NCBI GenBank assembly: GCA_038247415.1
Contig: JBBRUX010000023.1
Location: forward strand, 1 to 64,000
Source of the DNA: Chitinivibrionales bacterium
Lineage (GTDB): Bacteria > Fibrobacterota > Chitinivibrionia > Chitinivibrionales > WJKA01
DNA length: 64,000 nt
Direction: 5' to 3'
Shown here: piece by piece, positions 38,460-46,500 of the stretch
How the letters are laid out: every line of letters begins with the position of its first letter
How positions within the stretch are numbered: the first letter of the stretch is position 1
Notes under the pieces: model-generated
Databases searched by the model: none
The model's input: the letters and a program-made list of their open reading frames with translations, nothing else
Told to the model about the DNA's origin: nothing
Program-made: the position numbers and the translations under genes

Positions 38460-41264
38460 TTATTTACAGCATCTAAACCCTACATAAAAATACTTTTTAT
38501 TTTTATCAAGCAGTACTTTCGAATCGCAGCGAGATTCCCGTTCCGAACTCTGATACGAGCCGCCATACACATACGCACTCCCTTTATCGGCATCGGAAGT
38601 CCACTCTGCAACATTTCCACTCATATCAAAAACACCTAATTTACTTTTGCAATTTTCAAACGCCCCGGATTTAGAAGGAGTATTATGACTCCAAGGATTA
38701 CCAAGCGTATTGCTATTTTCGATGACAAATTTATTGCCGTAAGGATATGCTGTAACATCCGCATCAATGCCGGCACAGCTGCTTGTCCATTCAAGGGCGG
38801 AACAGAGATGCTTCCCGACCTTTTTACATTCATCTTGAGCTTCTTGCCAGGTATTGCTGCGCGATGGGATCTGGCCTTTTTTATTAGGGAATTCATATTG
38901 GTCGATACAAAATTTACCTTCCCGGTTCAGCTCCATCCCTTGAGGACAAATAACAACGTGCAGGGTATCGGTTGCTGTTGCTCCATCAGAATCGGTAACG
39001 CGCAACACTGGCGTAGAAAAAACTAAAAATTGATACGCTGTTGTTCCGGTGTCTTTAGAAGACCAATCGTATTTGCCATCAGCGTTAAAATCCCACTCAT
39101 ACAGGGCAACTTTTCCTTCGAGATCGCGACCATTGCCTTTGAGAGTAACTTTATGACCCTTGGTGGAAACAATATCGTCTCCGGCAAATGCACGCGGCAC
39201 TTCATTACTAACTGCTGTTTTTGTCTCTGCTTTGGTGATTTTCTTATCATCAGTCATAACGGTTAATACACTTTTAAAAACACCCGATTTTGTAAACGAA
39301 AACGTTGCGTCTGAAGCTTTTGTTGAGGTAAAATCCATTTTGCCATTGCCATCAAAATCCCACTCATACGAAACTATCGCATTATCGGGATCGGATGCAA
39401 TCCCAGAAAACTTAATTGCAGCATTGACTCGCCCATTGTATGGTCCGCGTGCATCGACCACAGTTGCTGAATTGGCTATTATAATTTTCTTTTGAGCGGT
39501 TGCAGTTTGAGATTTATCGTCACGGATTCTGCACGAAACAGTAAAGGATCCTTCTTTGGCAAATGCAAAATGAATAGTAGGTTCTGCAGAAGTTTTCTCA
39601 AAACTGTTTTTTCCTTCGAAATCCCAAGCATATTCGACAATTTTTCCGGTTGCGGGTGATGGATTGCATTTAAATACGATATCTTTGTTAACGTTACTAG
39701 AATCTGGAAACGAAAGGCTATCTATTCCAGAATGGGAAAACACATCAATATTGACAGTAGCTTTTGCCGCAGAACCGAAACGATCCTTAGCAATAAGCGT
39801 CACCGTAAACATTCCAGAAGATACAAAAGAATGCGAAACGGTTGCATCATGAGACTCAACCGGTGCAGAGCCATCGCCAAAGTTCCATTCAAATTTTAGT
39901 TTATCAGCTTTTTCTTTACCATCAGTAGATCCGCTCGCATCAAAGGCAAATACTGTTTCGAGTGGACCAGATGCTTTATTTACTTTAACGAGAGGCGTAG
40001 GAGCTGCATTTACAGAAATAGTATGCTTGGCACTTGAAATTTGACCAGCAGCATTTTTAATTTCAACCCTCACCACAACTTCGGCCTGCTCCGAAAACGT
40101 TGCCTTTACAGAAGGTTCTTGCCCAAAATCACCATTCGAAGGAGCGTCAAAAGTACCATCCCCATTGGTATCGAAGCGATACACCAATTTTTCGATACCA
40201 TCAGGCTTATTAATCGATTGAGATGCATCCAGAGTAACTGTTTCTTGTAAACTTGCAATAGAAAGGCATACAAGAACTGCCTGCAAAGAGCTTACGCCTT
40301 CTGCAATTGCCACAATAGAATAAGATTGAACTACATTGAGATTGGCGCTATCAGTTGCTTGCACCTGAACTTCAAATGTTCCGGCAGACTTTGGAGTAAA
40401 CGATAGTATCCCAGACGTACTTTGTATGGCACATCCTTGTGGCCCCTTTACTAAAAAATACTTGACAGGATATGATTGTGGATCGACAGCCACAAGAGTA
40501 TCAACAAACTCCTTGCCAACAACGGCATTGGTACGTACCATTTTTGTGAATCGAGGTGGTTGATTAACAAGAACTGCAGCAGAACTCGATTGAATACAGT
40601 GGACGTTACCAGCCACGAGTGCAAGCGATTCATCACTAAACCAAACGCGTAAGAGCCCCATTCCTTCTGTACCAACACTTTGCTTAACAGGCGTCGATCC
40701 CGTTGCAATAGTAGCCATTTCGCAATCAGCTAACGTCACATTTGAGCTTCCCTTTGGAGAAAGAGTAGCACTACCACTAAGCGCAATAACCACAAGCTTA
40801 TCGGGAAAAGAAATTATGCCAATGGTTCCCTTAGAACTCGTAACACTTCCAAGCGCAGATACGATAGTGGTAGGAACTTCAAAAGATTGAGTGCTGGCGA
40901 AACGCACACATAGTGCTCCTTGAAGGCATGCGATTTCAAGACGCCCTGGAATTTTTTTATCCGACAATACACCCGTAAAAGCCACACGGGATTGTTGTCC
41001 CACCGAAACGGCATTGAAGCTTTGAAAGGAAATGGTAGTCGATGAGTTTTTGTCGGTAGTAATAGTATCACCAGACAGAATTTTCATTTGTACGGTAACA
41101 TTCTTTATAATTTTGGAGCTATTAGTAAGCGTAACCTTACCAACCACTGCTGTAGGACGTATGCCAAAAGCATCTTTGTTTTTGCCAGTACACGACAACC
41201 CTGCACACATCATGCAGAACACGCTTACAACTAGCCCAACTCGTAAATACTGAGATGCAACCAT
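38460..41264 (-). CDS. Putative lipoprotein: FecR-like domain + Ig/cadherin-like + multiple PKD domains + C-terminal FGE-sulfatase-type (C-lectin fold) domain
   Basis: Lipobox-like GLSC; FecR-like GDTITT...KGT; repeated W(D/N)F.G.G PKD motifs; CP.GM...FCIDQYE, DMSGNVAEW and GFRCC. Confidence 0.8.
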   Translation of the reverse strand: MVASQYLRVGLVVSVFCMMCAGLSCTGKNKDAFGIRPTAVVGKVTLTNSSKIIKNVTVQMKILSGDTITTDKNSSTTISFQSFNAVSVGQQSRVAFTGVLSDKKIPGRLEIACLQGALCVRFASTQSFEVPTTIVSALGSVTSSKGTIGIISFPDKLVVIALSGSATLSPKGSSNVTLADCEMATIATGSTPVKQSVGTEGMGLLRVWFSDESLALVAGNVHCIQSSSAAVLVNQPPRFTKMVRTNAVVGKEFVDTLVAVDPQSYPVKYFLVKGPQGCAIQSTSGILSFTPKSAGTFEVQVQATDSANLNVVQSYSIVAIAEGVSSLQAVLVCLSIASLQETVTLDASQSINKPDGIEKLVYRFDTNGDGTFDAPSNGDFGQEPSVKATFSEQAEVVVRVEIKNAAGQISSAKHTISVNAAPTPLVKVNKASGPLETVFAFDASGSTDGKEKADKLKFEWNFGDGSAPVESHDATVSHSFVSSGMFTVTLIAKDRFGSAAKATVNIDVFSHSGIDSLSFPDSSNVNKDIVFKCNPSPATGKIVEYAWDFEGKNSFEKTSAEPTIHFAFAKEGSFTVSCRIRDDKSQTATAQKKIIIANSATVVDARGPYNGRVNAAIKFSGIASDPDNAIVSYEWDFDGNGKMDFTSTKASDATFSFTKSGVFKSVLTVMTDDKKITKAETKTAVSNEVPRAFAGDDIVSTKGHKVTLKGNGRDLEGKVALYEWDFNADGKYDWSSKDTGTTAYQFLVFSTPVLRVTDSDGATATDTLHVVICPQGMELNREGKFCIDQYEFPNKKGQIPSRSNTWQEAQDECKKVGKHLCSALEWTSSCAGIDADVTAYPYGNKFVIENSNTLGNPWSHNTPSKSGAFENCKSKLGVFDMSGNVAEWTSDADKGSAYVYGGSYQSSERESRCDSKVLLDKNKKYFYVGFRCCK

Positions 41265-41611
41265 ACAGACCTCTCTCCAATTAGGTTACTACCAAAGTTC
41301 ACAAAACCCAATTGTACTTTGATTGGAGAAGAGGAGTCAAGAGGTGAAATAACTTAATAGAAAAATGAAGAAACGACCTGTGCCGTGCTTACGACGTTTC
41401 TCGCTTGCCGATGTCACACCGCCCGCGAACGATGCGAGTGGACAGAGAGGGAGGGTTCTAACGAGAAATGTTGAAGGTAATAATTCCTGCCCAAATAAAG
41501 AAAGGACTGCCCATGTACCTGCTCACGTTTTATTAACCGAGAGAACTGCTTTTGTCTGTGCTTGCTGTATGCGCTTTTAATATCATTAGGTAAATTGCCA
41601 TAAAAACAAAT

Positions 41612-41890
41612 TCACTCACCTCCCACCCCCTCATTTTTCTTTTTAACAAGCAATAGCCCGATTGTCTTCTTGTCATCTACGTGTTTTAAAACATCATCAA
41701 CAACGTTCATGTACATGTTAAGCTGGCTGATCTGTAGCGTGTTTTAAGAGATCGTCAACCGCCGAGCAGGCAAATCTTTGAGTTTTTCTATCAAAAGGAT
41801 CTTGTGTCCCCAAGGAATTTCTTGGAATACCATCGGGTCAGACAAATTTGCAACGGCCTGCTGCAAATTTGCCTGGTTTATTTTGCACAA
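41612..41890 (-). pseudogene. Fragmented YhcG/DUF1016 (PDDEXK-family) relic
   Basis: Manual translation gives three out-of-frame pieces: LQQAVANL...IPWGHKILLIEKLKD, CSAVDDLLKHATDQP and SQLNMYMNVVDDVLKHVDDKKTIGLLLVK. Confidence 0.75.
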
Positions 41891-41899
41891 CAAGCAAAT

Positions 41900-43129
41900 T
41901 CACGCCCGGCGCAAAATATCGCCCTCGCGCAAACCTATAGAAGACGAAATAACAGCAAGGCGATTAGTAAGAGCATGCTCAAGCGGGTGGTTGTTAAAAT
42001 CAAAAATCGATTCCACGGTAGTTGGAAACGGATCTTTACCATATTGGACAGGAATCACGGCAAGCACTTCGCCCGCGTCAAAGGGGTTTTTTATATCAAT
42101 AACATACTGATGTGGTCCAAAGGATGCTTTTACCACTCCAACCATACGGGCAGAGTCTGCAGCTTTTGATGCAGCGAGAGCTTGCAGCTCATACTCCCCT
42201 TTAAAAAAGCCGGTTGTATAGGGTCTGTGATCCAATGCATCAAGCTCGACACGCCACGAATCTCGCACTGTATACCTCTGTGAATCTTGACGGGCAGCAT
42301 CTATTGCTTGACGATAGATACGTACTACAGAGGATATATAATTAATAGATTTGTTGCGTCCTTCGATCTTAAGAGATGCGACCCCCGAAGCAATAATTTC
42401 TGGGAGAATTGCAAGGGTATTGAGATCTTTGGAATTCATGAGATAGGTTGTCGAATCTTCCAATTCTCCATCGTAAACTTCGGTGGGCGCCTGGGAACGA
42501 GGATTTTCAAAAATGGGAGTAACCTTATAGCGCAAGCGACACGGCTGGGCACAATCCCCTTTGTTGGGATGTCGTTTATTCATATAGGCGCTCATGAGAC
42601 ATCTTCCAGAAATGGCCATGCACATGGCCCCGTGTATAAAAACCTCTGTTTCTATTCCTGGAATGCGAGACAATACCGCAATTTCTTCAAGTGTCAATTC
42701 ACGGGGAAGCACAAACCGATTAATACCCTGCTTATGCCAGAACGCGATCGATTTACTATTTGCCGTTCCGGTTTGTGTACTCAAATGAAGTGGTATCGTT
42801 GGAACAATTTCTTTACAAACGAGAACAACTCCTGGATCTGATACGATAAGTGCGTCGGGCAGTGTGGCATTGAGGGCCAAAACCGACAGGAAATCTTCAA
42901 CGATTCCGATTTCGTCCTCACCAGGCATGGTATTTAATGCAATATAGAGTTTCTTGTCAAATGCGTGGGCTATACCAACCGCAGAAGCGATATCCCGAGG
43001 CGAAAATGGTCGGCTGTGTGCTCGAAGGTTAAGCGTGCCTCCTCCAATATATACAGCATCGGCGCCTTGTCGACAGGCAGCTTCGATGCAATCGAAATTA
43101 GAAGCAGGCGCAAGTAATTCTGGAATCAT
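41900..43129 (-). CDS. U32 family protein, TrhP/YegQ-like (tRNA hydroxylation)
   Basis: PELLAPA, GADAVYIGG, HLSTQ, LPREL, EVFIHGAMCMAISGRCLMS, CAQPCR and SLKIEGR. Confidence 0.88.
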   Translation of the reverse strand: MIPELLAPASNFDCIEAACRQGADAVYIGGGTLNLRAHSRPFSPRDIASAVGIAHAFDKKLYIALNTMPGEDEIGIVEDFLSVLALNATLPDALIVSDPGVVLVCKEIVPTIPLHLSTQTGTANSKSIAFWHKQGINRFVLPRELTLEEIAVLSRIPGIETEVFIHGAMCMAISGRCLMSAYMNKRHPNKGDCAQPCRLRYKVTPIFENPRSQAPTEVYDGELEDSTTYLMNSKDLNTLAILPEIIASGVASLKIEGRNKSINYISSVVRIYRQAIDAARQDSQRYTVRDSWRVELDALDHRPYTTGFFKGEYELQALAASKAADSARMVGVVKASFGPHQYVIDIKNPFDAGEVLAVIPVQYGKDPFPTTVESIFDFNNHPLEHALTNRLAVISSSIGLREGDILRRA

Positions 43130-43182
43130 ACAAAGAAAATACTTTCTGGATCGAAATACTCATTTACAAAATTTTTAGCATT

Positions 43183-43216
43183 AAAAAAGGCAAAACCTGA
43201 ATACTCAGATTTTGCC
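43183..43216 (-). terminator. Terminator closing the TPR operon / His-rich gene
   Basis: Stem ggcaaaacctga/tcagattttgcc with an A-run on the left. Confidence 0.65.
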
Positions 43217-43240
43217 GTAGCTAGCGTCACAGTGAGCTAT

Positions 43241-43540
43241 TTAGTGGTTATGATGCCCGCGACATTTTCCATGAGGACGCCCATGGCCTTGTTCCGAGTC
43301 TTCGTGGGGATGTTCATGATGATGTCCGCCATGATGATCATGAGTTGCTTCCTCGATAGTTTCGTAGCCGGTGGCAGCCACTACCCCACCAAGGATTGTT
43401 GAATACCAGTCGGCTACTTGAGCTGCAACTTCTCTTTTTTCTTCTGGGGTACCCGTTGAAAAAAGACCATTTTCGATTGCCACAACAAGAATTTCTGCAG
43501 CAAGTCCATCACAATACGCTGAGGTTTGCATATGATCCAT
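43241..43540 (-). CDS. Small protein with His-rich C-terminal tail
   Basis: 99-aa ORF with an AAGGAG RBS and the tail HDHHGGHHHEHPHE...HHNH. Confidence 0.75.
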   Translation of the reverse strand: MDHMQTSAYCDGLAAEILVVAIENGLFSTGTPEEKREVAAQVADWYSTILGGVVAATGYETIEEATHDHHGGHHHEHPHEDSEQGHGRPHGKCRGHHNH

Positions 43541-43560
43541 AGTAACTCCTTTAGGTTTAA

Positions 43561-46500
43561 TTATTTCTTTCTGTCAAGATTCAGGTATTCTTTTTTAAGA
43601 GATTCAATCTCTGCTTTAACCTCGTCAATAGATTTATCTACCGAGTCATTTTTTATCTGCAGTTTTTGCAATGCAAGTCGTTCTTTCTTAATATCCTTTT
43701 CTGTATCAAGGGAGCGTTGAGCATAATCTGCAGTTGCATTGAGAAGCTCCCCACGATTTTTATACTGAGATTCGTACCAGGCCTCAGAACCAACTTTAGC
43801 AGTATCCTTTACAAGGCCAATTGCTTTTAACAAACTCTTGCCAGGTTTTTTGGTATTTCCCAACAAATCAACATGTGCTTTACGACCTGCGGTTGCGCCC
43901 TTGGTTGAATCGATAATTGTTTGTATAACTGCCTTATTGGTTGCTCGTCCTTGCAACACCGGTGCATTTACCAATGATTTAAAGTGCTGCGTTGTATCGA
44001 CCAGCACCATTAGTCCACACGATATTCCGCGAGGTAATGTATCGTCCAGATGAGCCGATATACAAATACTATTATCTCCCCCTTTAAAAAGGCTTGAAAT
44101 ACCCGTGAGCGAATCGACCTTGGAAAAAGATCTCCCTCCCACGGTATCACTCATGGTAAGAGTACCGTTAATCATGAGTCGATATTTTCCTGCACACGAA
44201 AAGAAAATCGCTGCATCACGAGGAGCTGCATCAAAGTAAAAATCTTTTCTAAAATAAGCGGTATCACTGAGTGTATCGACATACCAAATTTGCAGAGGTT
44301 TAAGAGTTCTATAGCCCGCACTTGGCCCACGAGCGATAACGTGTGGATCGAGCCAGGCTCCATCCAAGGGGGGTTGCGGTTGTGCCCATCCTGCGGTAGT
44401 ATCTGCGCGCACTGGCCATGTTTCGTCGGATACAATAGTAACTGCTTGATAAAATGATTTTCCAAATTTTTCGGGCGATAGGCGTGCTAGGCTCTCGATC
44501 GTTTTAGCATGCCAGGTACTTTTAGAAGCACCTTCAAGCTCGATCTCCTTAAGAGCAGATTCCAGAAGCGGGATCGCCTTATCTTGCATTTCGTATACAA
44601 TATCTTCGAGCTGGAAGGTTAAATCTTCTTTGTCATTAGTACTTAAATTAGCGGGCGTATCAAAATCGTTAGTAAGAATGCGCTCAGCAATTTTTTGATA
44701 ATCGTTACCAATAAGAAAAGAGACTTGTGCAAATTTATCAATACATTTAGAATAGGTAATTGTGTCGAGATTAAGTGATTTAAGATCATGCGCAGCTGTT
44801 TTATAAAAGTCCCGAGCAGCAATTTTAGCAGGTTCAACAGCTTGATTAAGCTGCTTTAAATACTGGAAATAGAAAAGTGGCTTAGCTTTAATTTCCGCAG
44901 GAATCGGGGCTTTATACATAACCCCTACAACGCTAATGAGCAGATCCCCTGCGCGGAGATAATTTTTAAGAATTGCATTTTTTGCATCTTTTACAAAGCG
45001 CTGTGGCTCAGGACCTAAAGAATCGAGCGTTAATGCAAGCTCAAGCAATTTTTTATAAGGTGCAACAGATTTTTGCAGCAAACCAGACGCCTGCTGGTCG
45101 ATATTCCGCTCGAGGACAGCGGTTTTAATAGGATCGAGATCTTCTCGCTTTTGCGCACTTAAATCATCAGCAAAAGTCTCATAAAGTTGACCAATACGAA
45201 ACGTTGCCTCAAACATTTTTTCGGTCTGATACTGGGCAGCACGCGTATAGGCTTTGGAGGCTGAAGCCAGCAATTCCGATTTGAGCGTTTGATCTTCGAG
45301 AAGCTTTTTGCCGGGTTTACTAAATTTAAGAGCCTCAAACTCTTTGCGCTTGATTTCTGCAGACCCCAGCGCAGCTTCTGATGCCGAATAATTGTTAGTT
45401 TCTTTTCCGGCAAGCGCAAATTTCTGATTGAGCTGTTCTGCTTGCTCAAAATAAGCAATAGCCTCAGTAGAATTGGTTTGAGCTAGCCGTATGCGTCCAA
45501 TTTGTGCAAGCGCTTCAACTGCATTGGGATCGCTGGGGAACCTTCTGATAAAATTCTGATAAACATTTTCTGCTTTTTCGTACATGGCTGCTTTAAAGTA
45601 AAAGGCTGCCGATCGCAAAAACATAGCCTTGGCATCTTTTTCTCCAGGATACTTAAGCGTATATCGCTCATTTGCCTCTGCCATTTTGTCGAGTTTACCC
45701 ATTTTTTCGTAGCATAACCCTAAATTAAAGAGTGCGTCGCGTGCTTTGTCGGAAGTGGGATAATTCGACCCGATAATTTCATAGCTCTCAGCGGCTCTCT
45801 CATATTGCTTGATATGGTCATAGTCGGCGGCAGCATTAAACAGTGCATCGGGAGCATATTTACTTTTTGGATATGAACCATACAAACGATAATACGTCTT
45901 GGCAGCATCCCTATACAGAGTATCTTTTTCAAATTCTTCGGCTGCTCCAAACAAAACAATATCCCCATATTCGCTTTGGGGGAATTGATCTTCGATTGCT
46001 ACGAGTTCCTTAGCCGCTGTTGCATGATCTCCCGAAGCAACAATTTGCATCGCGCTATTGTAGCGCGACCGTAACAGCAACTTATAGGCTTCACTGCGAA
46101 GCGTTGGATCGGGAGATTTTTTCCAAACTTCTGAAAATGATGTGGCTGCCACAGTCCAGTTCTTCTGAGAAAAGCATGCTTGACCAATTAAGAGTAATGA
46201 CTTATAGGCATTGTCGGTTTGTGGCCACAATGCAACCACCTGCTGATAGGTTTTAATAGCATTAGCAAACATGGATCGGTTAAAATAGATGGCACCCATA
46301 CTCACAAGAACATCAGATGCAGCTTTCCCCTTAGGGAATAAGGTTAAATAATTATTGATAGCATCAATCGACCGCAGTACGGTTGTATCCAGCACACCTG
46401 CTACTGCAAGAGAATCGGGTGACTGAAGACCTGCAGCAATTGCGATAGCATTGAGCGCAGCCTGCTCACGCTTGGCACTATCTGCCTTCACGATTTTGCT

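Noticed and set aside
38410..38640. Diversity-generating retroelement targeting the C-terminal FGE/C-lectin domains (hairpins follow the stop codon)
   Set aside because: There is no reverse transcriptase in the window and I found no near-identical template repeat differing at adenines. The two FGE tips are too diverged to be a VR/TR pair. A remote DGR cannot be excluded without a genome search.
41365..41580. 71-aa ORF on the + strand
   Set aside because: No recognisable motif, unusual composition and overlap with a structured element make it likely spurious.
41675..41760. Imperfect direct repeat (gtgttttaa..atc.tcaac) as a mini-CRISPR or att site
   Set aside because: Only two diverged copies, and both translate to the same YhcG motif (VDD.LKH), so they are coding relics.
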